From Candidatus Bathyarchaeota archaeon (lineage in GTDB: Archaea; Thermoproteota; Bathyarchaeia; Bathyarchaeales; DTEX01): a DNA stretch of 33,826 nt. The DNA lies in contig JAGGUU010000152.1 of NCBI GenBank assembly GCA_021158305.1, positions 1-33,826 on the forward strand, in the 5' to 3' direction. Both the position numbers and the translations under genes were made by a program. A model generated the notes under the pieces. That model had not been told where the DNA came from, did no database searches, and saw nothing but the letters and a program-made list of their open reading frames with translations. Shown piece by piece: positions 1 through 7,989 of this stretch. The number at the start of each line of letters is the position of its first letter. Position 1 is the first letter of the stretch.

Positions 1-301
1 CTGAAGAATAATACATCACAAAAGTTGTCCCTGTAGTATATCCCTTCACCACGCGGATCCTACTTACATCCACGCCGTCTTCTCTGAGTTTCTCTATTAG
101 AAGCGTGCCGAAATCATCATCTCCAACAGCCCCTATGAATCCCGATTTTAATCCTAGTTTCGCCGCAGTATCTATAAAGATTGCAGGTGCACCGCTCGGA
201 TATGGTCCAAGGTATACTGCAGGCACATTGTGGGGTACATCTCGGTCTTTCCGCATTATCTCAACCAATATCTCGCCCAGACTTACTACTTCAAAATGCA
301 T
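1..301 (-). CDS. PfkB/ribokinase-family sugar (or nucleoside) kinase, N-terminal ~100 aa; gene continues beyond the left edge
   Basis: Hand translation of the minus strand from the ATG at complement(299..301) gives MHFEVVSLGEILVEIMRKDRDVPHNVPAVYLGPYPSGAPAIFIDTAAKLGLKSGFIGAVGDDDFGTLLIEKLREDGVDVSRIRVVKGYTTGTTFVMYYSS. The AAKLG...FIGAVGDDDFG...L...GVD pattern is the N-terminal signature region of PfkB kinases. It is absent from the ORF track because it is truncated. The + ORF 105..365 is its antisense shadow. Confidence 0.7.
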   Translation of the reverse strand, partial: MHFEVVSLGEILVEIMRKDRDVPHNVPAVYLGPYPSGAPAIFIDTAAKLGLKSGFIGAVGDDDFGTLLIEKLREDGVDVSRIRVVKGYTTGTTFVMYYSS

Positions 302-416
302 CGTGTATTCACATAAAATTGCTGTAGAGATTCAGAATTTAAATAGTTATTTACCTAAAGGGTAAAGATCTCTCCAGAATAATTTTTCTCGCTGGAAAGG
401 GAAGATCTTTAATTTT

Positions 417-3400
417 CTATTCTCCTATTATCCTTTCCTTATTCTTCACCCAGTACATCATCATATCGAATATCAAGTCCACGGTTCTTTCAATAACGCT
501 CTCCGGCATTCCAGGACTAGCAGGTTCACATATCAACTTCACACGATAATAATCTTCCCGAGGATGCTTGGTCATAATGAGCGTGTTTTTGGTTCCCCTC
601 CTACCACCAGCAACTTGGAAGTAATAGTCAAACTTGATGGAGCGAACAAGTTCTTTCTTAATGTTTTCAATCTCTGGAGTTTCCTCAATATTTTCTATTC
701 TCTCCATGTATCCTATTCTTAGATCATTTAAGCTGCTTAGAACATAACTTACAAAAAATTCTATCTCATTAGTCTTAACCTTCACGGGCATGCTGAGCTC
801 CCTTGCTTGATAAACCTTGAATATTTTTTCTCTACGCTCTTTCGCCTCCCTTTCAGGTAGCTTAAGTCTCTTAATCTTTGATGGAGTATAGGTGCTGATC
901 GCCAAGTATGCCGGCCTCACAGCGGATAATATAGAGGCTATTATGGCTATTGCGAACGCGATTGCACTCCAATACCACTCTATTTTTTCACGAACCATAA
1001 GATCCTGCTGTAATAATACCATGATTCTGTAGAATCCGAGACCGAATAAATAGCCTAAGCTTCCACCAACCATGCCGAGGATGACAGCTTCAGCTAGGAA
1101 TATTAGTCCAATATGGGTTGGATTAAGCCCAAGCATTAAAAGTATTCTTATCTCTTTTCTTCTCTCATAGACGCTGTTTAACATAACCATTCCTGTGTTC
1201 AAACCAGCCATTACCAAGGGAATCAGAAGCTCAGTTGCACCCTTAATCTCGACATAAGAGTCTATATAGAAATGCGTAAGAGAGCGACTTGAAGAAACAA
1301 AAACATCATAGTCAAAAACGTAAAGCAGATACTTAATTATTGATTTCATATCTGCTTGATTTCCTATTTGGAAAACTATCTCTGAGAGAGTAGCGAATTG
1401 AGGCATCTCTTGGCGGCCTACTATCTTTGCAATATTCTTCAAATCCTCAGCGGTCTTCCAATTCATTATTATGACTTCCGTGCTATTGCAGACTCTCAAG
1501 GTGTTGTTTGAGAATATTCGAATGGGTCCATATGGCTGTCCATCTAGATCAATAAGGTTCTCGTATTCATCGCCGTTGAATATTCCTTTAACAGTAAAGT
1601 TCCCTGAAACCCCCGAAACTCCCTGTATATGTAGAGTTACAGTTTCGTTGGCCTTTACGTCCAAGATGCTGGCTAGCTTAGAGCTTATCAATATTTCTTC
1701 TTTATTATTCTCGTCCAGAAAGTCTCCTTCCGTAATGATCTTGTCTAAAGGAATATATTTTGTCTCATTAACGGGATCTATCCCTAAAATACCATAGATT
1801 AAAGCTGTACTTCCAGTTCTCGGATTCTTGATCAAAGCGATGGGGCGGGAACTTGGAAGATTTTCAATTCTAATAGCTATATTTTTCATCTCTATTATCT
1901 TCGAAAGAACTTGCGGATCATCCATTCTGAGGGGTAAGAAGAGCAGAGTCTTGTTAACCATTCTTTTCACAAGTATTCCATTAGATGGAGGGGTGATGTT
2001 AATTCTCTCAGATACTATGCCGAAGACTCTCCCGAAAGACGTTAAAGACGTGAAGGCTAAAATGAGAATAGCTATTGAAAGTATCGTAAAGAAACCCCGT
2101 ATCTTCCTACGTTTTATCTGTCTCTTCCCCATCGAAAATATTACTGAAATCGCGCTTCTCCACGACACTTCACCCTCAATAGTTCTTTCCTTCCAAACAC
2201 GTGGAATTCCAAAGATGAATGCTAAAACGATTATAATGGAAGCCACGGACGATCCGATGAATAACGAGCTATTTTCTTCAATGATTATATGGGCGCCAGG
2301 ATACAGGAAGTATAGCAAAACCAAGTAGATGATGTAGATTACTATGCATGAGATAATCTTTCCCTTTTCTTTCTCAAAAAGGAAGAGAGCTAATACAGCG
2401 CTGAATACTGCCATAATTGCTGAGAGATAAACGGCGCCGGTTTTACTAGCCATGTACATATACTGAATAGTCATTAAGATTAGATCCATCTGTTTAAGTT
2501 CCGATCTTAAAATGGACCAAACTTTTAAGTAATCATCATCATTCTTTGCTTGAGCGAGAAGAGAATCCGCTTCCATTATTCTCCTATACGAATTCATTAT
2601 TCTTCTTTTTTCATCAAAAACTACGAAGCCGACGCTCTGTGCATCATTAATCTGAGAAATGGTCTCGTTAAATTTTGAGCGAACCGTGTCAAGTCCATTT
2701 CTCAGAGTATAATCCGATATCAGAATTGAAGATTTGGCGCCTTGAGGAAGATTAAATGCTACAGATCCATTGTATAAGATTATATCCTTTCTAATCATAC
2801 CTTTCCGAGATCTTAAGAAAATGTAAACTTCAGTTTTCACAATAACCGGCGTATCCGCTGGCACTATAACTAGGTTGCTGCCAAGTCCTAGAAACCATGC
2901 ATGGACGGAAGACCCGTACTCATCCACCATGCCGGGAACTATATTTAATCTTGATCCATCCTCCCCTAATACTTTAAGAGTGAACGTGCCTTTACGTTCG
3001 GGGCTTGGAGACTGAACAAGATACCATGAACCTTTCAGTTCGATCAATGCTCCCGGAACAAGTGCAAAATCAACCTTCTTCTCCCACGAATCCATTTTGA
3101 TTATCTTAACTGTTGGAACATAATCCACATTTTTTTGGGTGAAGTTTCCCCTGAAAGCGTAAATGTAGTATGATCTACCCCAGATTATGAATGGTCCGGA
3201 GATATTGTAGAATCCATTCTTGTCAGTAAAGAATTTGTACGACTCCAGACACCATGCAAGAATTATTGTTGCATTGGGAATAGGCTTTCCCGTTTTAAAA
3301 TCGACGACTCTGCCATAAATTCTCGGCGTGGCACGTGGAGCCGCATAGATGCTTATGCATGGCTGAAGTAACATAAGCATGAAAAGAAGTGATGCCAAGC

Positions 3401-3431
3401 GAATCCAAGTTTTCAACTGCTTTTCCTCCAA
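417..3431 (-). CDS. Giant (1004 aa) polytopic envelope protein: signal peptide, carboxypeptidase-regulatory-like ectodomain, 3 TM, MacB/FtsX-type permease module, and a ~158-aa cytoplasmic C-terminal domain of unknown function
   Basis: Uninterrupted ORF with a TTG start at 3431. aa 1-31 are a hydrophobic signal (LASLLFMLMLLQPCISIYAAP). aa 37-58 RIYGRVVDFKTGKPIPNATIIL is a CarboxypepD_reg-like motif. TM runs lie at ~333-352, 358-378 and 388-408. The basic loop KRQIKRRKIRGFFTILSIAILILAFTSL is the typical MacB/FtsX TM1 entry. A ~265-aa ectodomain spans aa 467-733. aa 734-846 (YERRKEIRILLMLGLNPTHIGLIFLAEAVILGMVGGSLGYLFGLGF...AFAIAIIASILSAVRPAYLA) is the FtsX 3-TM bundle. The positive-inside rule gives a self-consistent topology. 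Confidence 0.75.
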   Translation of the reverse strand: MEEKQLKTWIRLASLLFMLMLLQPCISIYAAPRATPRIYGRVVDFKTGKPIPNATIILAWCLESYKFFTDKNGFYNISGPFIIWGRSYYIYAFRGNFTQKNVDYVPTVKIIKMDSWEKKVDFALVPGALIELKGSWYLVQSPSPERKGTFTLKVLGEDGSRLNIVPGMVDEYGSSVHAWFLGLGSNLVIVPADTPVIVKTEVYIFLRSRKGMIRKDIILYNGSVAFNLPQGAKSSILISDYTLRNGLDTVRSKFNETISQINDAQSVGFVVFDEKRRIMNSYRRIMEADSLLAQAKNDDDYLKVWSILRSELKQMDLILMTIQYMYMASKTGAVYLSAIMAVFSAVLALFLFEKEKGKIISCIVIYIIYLVLLYFLYPGAHIIIEENSSLFIGSSVASIIIVLAFIFGIPRVWKERTIEGEVSWRSAISVIFSMGKRQIKRRKIRGFFTILSIAILILAFTSLTSFGRVFGIVSERINITPPSNGILVKRMVNKTLLFLPLRMDDPQVLSKIIEMKNIAIRIENLPSSRPIALIKNPRTGSTALIYGILGIDPVNETKYIPLDKIITEGDFLDENNKEEILISSKLASILDVKANETVTLHIQGVSGVSGNFTVKGIFNGDEYENLIDLDGQPYGPIRIFSNNTLRVCNSTEVIIMNWKTAEDLKNIAKIVGRQEMPQFATLSEIVFQIGNQADMKSIIKYLLYVFDYDVFVSSSRSLTHFYIDSYVEIKGATELLIPLVMAGLNTGMVMLNSVYERRKEIRILLMLGLNPTHIGLIFLAEAVILGMVGGSLGYLFGLGFYRIMVLLQQDLMVREKIEWYWSAIAFAIAIIASILSAVRPAYLAISTYTPSKIKRLKLPEREAKERREKIFKVYQARELSMPVKVKTNEIEFFVSYVLSSLNDLRIGYMERIENIEETPEIENIKKELVRSIKFDYYFQVAGGRRGTKNTLIMTKHPREDYYRVKLICEPASPGMPESVIERTVDLIFDMMMYWVKNKERIIGE

Positions 3432-3562
3432 GGATGAGAAAGTTTACTTAAAACCCCGAATTTTATCTTTTTAACTTTTTCGCGGATCAGCATTAAAATT
3501 AATGCCCAATGTCCTAAGCATAATTAATCATTAAGTAGTTAATGAAATATGACTGATCAGAA

Positions 3563-4285
3563 ATGAGCCGTGTGGTTTTAATGGTCAAGAAATCATTATT
3601 TTTAATTCTGGCTCTGGGATTTACTATAGGTTTCTTAGCTGGACACGTATGCCAGAAAAGCGCATTTGACGAGCTTACTCAGCAAATAGCAGATTTGGAA
3701 AGGAGAAACCAAGATTTAACCAAGTGGCTTCAAGGAAACATATCGCTATACGAAGAGAGAATAGCCATCTTAAAAGATGAGGCGAAACAGATCGCAAATG
3801 AGGCTGCCTCCCTACGTTCCCGCCTAAAGATTCTACAAAGCCAAGCAAATACCACGGTGCTTGGAATATATTTCAGCCCTAAAGGCGGATGCGAAGCTCA
3901 AATCATCTGGTGGATAAACAGAGCAAACATATCAATTCATATATTAATCTATAGTTTCACGCTGGATTCGATAAGTGACGAGCTAATCAATGCTTATAAT
4001 CGAGGAGTAGACGTAAAAGTCGTATTTGAAAAGAATCAAGTGACAAAGCATAGCGAGTATCAAAAGCTAAAAGCAGCCGGGGTGCCAGTGCGTAACGATA
4101 CGAATCCTGGGCTCATGCATAACAAAGTTATGATTATTGATGGAAAGATAGTCTTGACGGGGAGTTTTAACTGGTCAGTGAGTGCAGAGAAGAAGAATAA
4201 TGAGAATCTTATAGTAATAAGAAGTCTCTATGTTGCCAGAGTATACGAGGAAGAATTTGATAAGATATGGAACAACAGCGTCTAG
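3563..4285 (+). CDS. Membrane-anchored PLD-superfamily endonuclease (single HKD motif, Nuc-like) with a coiled-coil stalk
   Basis: N-terminus MSRVVLMVKKSLFLILALGFTIGFLAG has KK followed by one TM, so N-in. aa ~35-95 look like a heptad coiled coil (FDELTQQIADLERRNQDLTKWLQGNISLYEERIAILKDEAKQIANEAASLRSRLKILQ). aa 186-203 HNKVMIIDGKIVLTGSFN match HxK(x)4D(x)6GSxN exactly. There is only one HKD motif in a ~140-aa domain, as in Nuc/Zucchini-type nucleases. Confidence 0.8.
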   Translation: MSRVVLMVKKSLFLILALGFTIGFLAGHVCQKSAFDELTQQIADLERRNQDLTKWLQGNISLYEERIAILKDEAKQIANEAASLRSRLKILQSQANTTVLGIYFSPKGGCEAQIIWWINRANISIHILIYSFTLDSISDELINAYNRGVDVKVVFEKNQVTKHSEYQKLKAAGVPVRNDTNPGLMHNKVMIIDGKIVLTGSFNWSVSAEKKNNENLIVIRSLYVARVYEEEFDKIWNNSV

Positions 4286-4520
4286 AGAAGAAATCTTCAA
4301 GATGTGCTGATTTAAAATCAATAATTCAGAGATTTATTTTTCCTTCAAAAATCATTAATATACCACGGTGACTACTCTTGGTTCAGACGTAGAATTCAGA
4401 TAGAGAATTCGGTCTATCAATCGCGTTTAAGAAGAGGGCACTATATTCTGTCTGTATAGGATGTATACGCACAAATCAAAATATCGCATCCCAAGCTCAT
4501 CACTTCTCCAGTGAGAGATA

Positions 4521-5081
4521 ATGAGGATTCAAATAAGCGATGAAAAGGCGCTCAGCACAGTAGTTACGACGTTAATAATCCTCGTCGTCTCCGTTCTATT
4601 AGCAGGAGTCGTAACAATGTACGCGATAAACATCACATCCACACGAACGCAACAGGAAGACTTAAGACTATCAAAACAAGCTATATGGGTTTACTCTTCC
4701 GGAACAGCATATGCAGCGCTTGTCATCGATAATGTTGGAGGAAGAGATGTTGTCATAGATAAGATACAGGTTAGAGGTGTTGAAGCTTCCTGGTCAAACG
4801 TGTACTATCTAAGGCTAGGATCAACATTCTCCACTTCGCTTAACTGCCCCGCAGAATCTCCCTCCTGGACCAACTTCCAATACACTGGGTCGACTCAAGG
4901 AAACTTCACGCAAGCTACCCAAGATATTCCATTAGCTTCCGGAGACACTCTTGTAATCTACATTACAAGTCCAGATAGTATAAGCCCTAACGATATCGGA
5001 ACAACTACAGGCATAACGGTCTTCACCGAGAATGCTCAATACTATGTGGAATGCAACGTCAAGGCAGCGGAAACCGCGTAA
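4521..5081 (+). CDS. Archaeal type IV pilin with class III signal peptide (Pilin_N/DUF1628-like N-terminus); probable major pilin
   Basis: MRIQISDEKA|LSTVVTTLIILVVSVLLAGVVTMY is a short polar leader ending K-A, followed by ~22 hydrophobic residues, the prepilin-peptidase substrate pattern. The rest is Ser/Thr-rich with N-x-S/T sequons. It is the first gene of the cluster and is followed by a T6 tract. Confidence 0.75.
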   Translation: MRIQISDEKALSTVVTTLIILVVSVLLAGVVTMYAINITSTRTQQEDLRLSKQAIWVYSSGTAYAALVIDNVGGRDVVIDKIQVRGVEASWSNVYYLRLGSTFSTSLNCPAESPSWTNFQYTGSTQGNFTQATQDIPLASGDTLVIYITSPDSISPNDIGTTTGITVFTENAQYYVECNVKAAETA

Positions 5082-5115
5082 ATGAATCATCGATGACATT
5101 GCTTTCCCTCCTCCC

Positions 5116-5121
5116 TTTTTT
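5116..5121 (+). terminator. Oligo-T tract (TTTTTT in CCCTCCTCCCTTTTTTATCC) 35 nt after the first pilin gene; possible partial terminator or attenuator
   Basis: Archaeal RNAP terminates at oligo-T runs. The tract sits in the only real intergenic gap (66 nt) of an otherwise overlapping operon. Confidence 0.3.
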
Positions 5122-5147
5122 ATCCTTTAACTTGATGGTGAAGGATT

Positions 5148-5951
5148 ATGAAAGGCAATAATTCAAATAAAGGTCTCGCAACCCCCGTTTCACTCTCATT
5201 TCTAATCTTCTCATTTACTATCCTTACGGTGGCAACGTATTATGTTTCCATCTCTTCGGTAGGTGTGAAATCAAGTAGAGTCAAATACGCCGCGGCTAAG
5301 CAAGATATGCTATTCTTAGAAAATGCGATCCGCTCAGTAAGCTGGTCTCCCGGATCCTCCGTGGTTAAAGAGTTTCGCGGCTATGGAGGAAAGTTCGAGA
5401 CGTATCCTAGTGATCGTATGCTGACAATAAATGTTTCAATAGGATCTTCATCAGAGATTGTCTTTAACTCCTCAATCGGATATTTGAGATATGAAGTTCC
5501 ATCAACTGACATTAATGAGGTTGGATTGTATCTGCGTGGTGATGCTAATCCGGTTGTGAATCAGAGCTTTCTAGGAATGGCTCAAATGTATATACGGATT
5601 CATAATGATTCTCAAGAAATCTATCTGGGTTATCGGCCCCTCGTAACTTCTTTCACCAGTTCCTTGCAGAATGAGCAAATAAACGTCATTAGAATATTCA
5701 TTATCAACCTGAATTCTTCAGAGGATCTTCTTTTTACCGGCGGATTCCGATTAAGGATTTGTTGCTTGAATATTACAAGCTGCGTTAAAACATATAATTT
5801 GACAGAACCAGTTTCCTCGGCCAGTATTAAAGTGACAATTGATGGGGAAACCAAGGAGGTTACTTCGCCGCTTTCAAGCGGAGAGAACTTCACTTTTGTT
5901 AGGCTTGAGATACTCGTTTGTAACGTGAAGGTGGAGGAGGTAAGCGTATAA
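5148..5951 (+). CDS. Pilin-like protein with class III signal peptide (267 aa)
   Basis: MKGNNSNKG|LATPVSLSFLIFSFTILTVATYYV has a K-G cleavage motif followed by a hydrophobic helix. SD GGTGAAGG precedes the ATG. There are many N-x-S/T sequons (NVS, NSS, NQS, NDS, NSS, NIT, NLT, NFT). Confidence 0.6.
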   Translation: MKGNNSNKGLATPVSLSFLIFSFTILTVATYYVSISSVGVKSSRVKYAAAKQDMLFLENAIRSVSWSPGSSVVKEFRGYGGKFETYPSDRMLTINVSIGSSSEIVFNSSIGYLRYEVPSTDINEVGLYLRGDANPVVNQSFLGMAQMYIRIHNDSQEIYLGYRPLVTSFTSSLQNEQINVIRIFIINLNSSEDLLFTGGFRLRICCLNITSCVKTYNLTEPVSSASIKVTIDGETKEVTSPLSSGENFTFVRLEILVCNVKVEEVSV

Positions 5952-6415
5952 TGCCTTCAAACTCTATTGATTACCTTCATTCTTTGTTGGCATTATCTAT
6001 TATTGGCATAATATTAACAGCGGCAATAAACTCCTACTGTGGATTGCTAAAGCGGTCATCTGAGATAAAAGAACTCAAAAACGTGTTAGAGAGGATTGAG
6101 TCTAAAGTCACCTATGCGTTGTTGCTTCTCACAGAAAACAACGCCACATTGACTCTGAAATTCCAGATGCCATCAAGGATCGGAAGTCAGTATTATTGGA
6201 TTCGAATAGCTAACGATTCTTCCTCGGCATGGATCGAGGGCGGTTTTGGCATCAACTCTAGAACAGAAGGGTGGGAATACCGCATCTATCTGCCCAGAAA
6301 GGTATATGCCTCCGGAACCTTTGAGAGTCGATACTCAATAGCTCAACTTAACTGCTCGATTAAGGGTGATGTTCCCCAAATAGTGTTAGGGAGGAAAGAC
6401 AATGCTGAAGCGTAA
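5951..6415 (+). CDS. Small N-terminally anchored pilus-associated protein (pilin-like, non-canonical leader)
   Basis: MPSNSIDYLHSLLALSIIGIILTAAINSY. The ATG overlaps the upstream TAA (TAATG) and is preceded by GGAGGAGG. The MP..S[IL]D.L N-terminus is shared with the 9497 gene product. Confidence 0.5.
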   Translation: MPSNSIDYLHSLLALSIIGIILTAAINSYCGLLKRSSEIKELKNVLERIESKVTYALLLLTENNATLTLKFQMPSRIGSQYYWIRIANDSSSAWIEGGFGINSRTEGWEYRIYLPRKVYASGTFESRYSIAQLNCSIKGDVPQIVLGRKDNAEA

Positions 6416-7988
6416 GAAAAGGAAGGAGAGAAAGAAACCGCGTGAGAATCTTTCAGTAGAGGATTTGATATCTGCATTGAAAGTTAAGCGAAAACCAGTC
6501 TCCGGTGATGTTCAAATACTCGACAATTATCCTTTGAAGCCACCGTTCTCCTACGCCCTAATAATCAAGGAGAAAGATACTGGAGATATTTCTTATATTG
6601 TAGACGAGATTCCATTTGACGATCGAGAGAAAGAGGCCTATGTAAAGATAAAGGAGATTCTCGAGGCAAATCTTGAAGCTCCGCTAGAAGGAGAAAGCCC
6701 TCTGGAATCATTCAGGAGACAGTTTCCCAAGATTATTGAGAAGCATAAGAATCTATTGAAGGGTCTATCGAGTATTAGCATGAGGAAGATCGAGTACTAC
6801 TTGGAGAGAAACATAGCTGGATATGGAAAGATAGATTCCTTAATGGCTGATCCAAATATAGAAGATATAAGCTGTAGCGGCGTCGGTAGACCCATATATC
6901 TCTGGCATAGAAAATACGAGAACATAAAAACCAACATATTTTTTGACGATAAGGAAGAGTTAGACAATTTCGTTATGAAGCTGGTTCATAGAGCGGGAAA
7001 ACACGTTAGCGTAGCATACCCAACCGTCGATGCTACTCTGCCTGGAAAGCATAGACTTGCCGTCTATTATAGGAATGAGGTTACTCCCTTAGGAACAAGC
7101 TTTACGATAAGAAAGTTTAGAGAAGATCCGCTATCAATCATCGACTTAATCAATAATGAGACTATCAGCCTAGAGGTGGCAACGTATCTTTGGCTTCTAT
7201 GCGAGAACAAGTTTTCGTCGATGATAATAGGCGCTACTGGCGCGGGCAAGACGACAGCGCTGAACGCTATCGCCAGCTTGATTCATCCTGAACAGAAGAT
7301 AATAACGGTGGAAGAAGTCGCTGAAATAAATCTTCTAAGGGACAACTGGGTCTCAACTATTGCTCGTGCAGGCTTCGGCGTGGAAGGCGCTGGAGAGATC
7401 TCCCTCTATAGCTTGATAAAGGCGGCTGTGCGACATAGGCCTGACTGGATAATTGTGGGGGAGGTTCGAGGCGAGGAAGCATATGTTCTATTTCAAGCCT
7501 TAGCCACTGGACATGGCGGGCTCTGCACTATGCATGCTGAAGATGCTGAAACAGCCATAAAGAGACTAACACAGCCTCCTATGAACATACCGGATAACAT
7601 CATTCCATTGATGAACTGCGTGATCTCAGTTAAGCATGTTAAGGCTCCCATCCTAGTCGGTTATGAGCGGCGCCGCTCTAGAAGAAAATTTGTCAAGGTC
7701 TCGGAGATTATAGACGCCGGACGGATTCATGACGTCTTTACATGGGACAGTTCCTCTGACGAATACATTGACGATCTTCAAAATAGCTATTTATTTGCTA
7801 AGATAGCTGATAAATGGAGTCTTCCAGTAAAATACGTTCATGAGGAATTTGAACGGCGGAAGAACGTGCTTAGATACTTATTAGCGAAGAACATAAGGAG
7901 CTGCCGGGAAATCGCAAAGTTCCTCACAAGATTCTACAATGATCCTGAAGCGATCTATGAAGAAGCGATGAGTATAGGAGGAGTCTAA
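6402..7988 (+). CDS. Type IV pilus/archaellum-family assembly ATPase (FlaI/PilB/GspE-VirB11 superfamily)
   Basis: Walker A is IIGATGAGKTT, Walker B/Asp box is PDWIIVGEVRGEEA, and the His box is TGHGGLCTMHA. Length is 528 aa. The start overlaps the upstream gene, with SD GGGAGGAAAG. Confidence 0.9.
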   Translation: MLKRKKRKERKKPRENLSVEDLISALKVKRKPVSGDVQILDNYPLKPPFSYALIIKEKDTGDISYIVDEIPFDDREKEAYVKIKEILEANLEAPLEGESPLESFRRQFPKIIEKHKNLLKGLSSISMRKIEYYLERNIAGYGKIDSLMADPNIEDISCSGVGRPIYLWHRKYENIKTNIFFDDKEELDNFVMKLVHRAGKHVSVAYPTVDATLPGKHRLAVYYRNEVTPLGTSFTIRKFREDPLSIIDLINNETISLEVATYLWLLCENKFSSMIIGATGAGKTTALNAIASLIHPEQKIITVEEVAEINLLRDNWVSTIARAGFGVEGAGEISLYSLIKAAVRHRPDWIIVGEVRGEEAYVLFQALATGHGGLCTMHAEDAETAIKRLTQPPMNIPDNIIPLMNCVISVKHVKAPILVGYERRRSRRKFVKVSEIIDAGRIHDVFTWDSSSDEYIDDLQNSYLFAKIADKWSLPVKYVHEEFERRKNVLRYLLAKNIRSCREIAKFLTRFYNDPEAIYEEAMSIGGV

Positions 7989-7989
7989 A

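Noticed and set aside
105-365. + strand ORF of 86 aa from the ORF track
   Set aside because: It lies antisense to a clearly recognisable PfkB kinase N-terminus on the minus strand (1..301). Its composition is Pro/Ser-rich and it has no SD. It is a shadow ORF.
364-410. Inverted repeat AAAGATCT...AGATCTTT after the stop of the giant membrane protein gene as a terminator hairpin
   Set aside because: The arms are only 8 bp with a long, imperfectly paired interior. Archaeal termination relies on oligo-T rather than hairpins. The region also has to house the PfkB promoter. It is not convincing as a discrete element.
1471-2328. + strand ORFs 1471..1797 and 1828..2328
   Set aside because: Both are fully embedded antisense within the 1004-aa membrane protein gene, whose domain logic is continuous. 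They are typical shadow ORFs of a long gene.
4486-4505. GTGATGA (C-box-like) on the minus strand upstream of the first pilin gene as a second C/D sRNA
   Set aside because: There is no CUGA at the required ~12-nt spacing, and no C'/D' or D box follows. It is an isolated heptamer.
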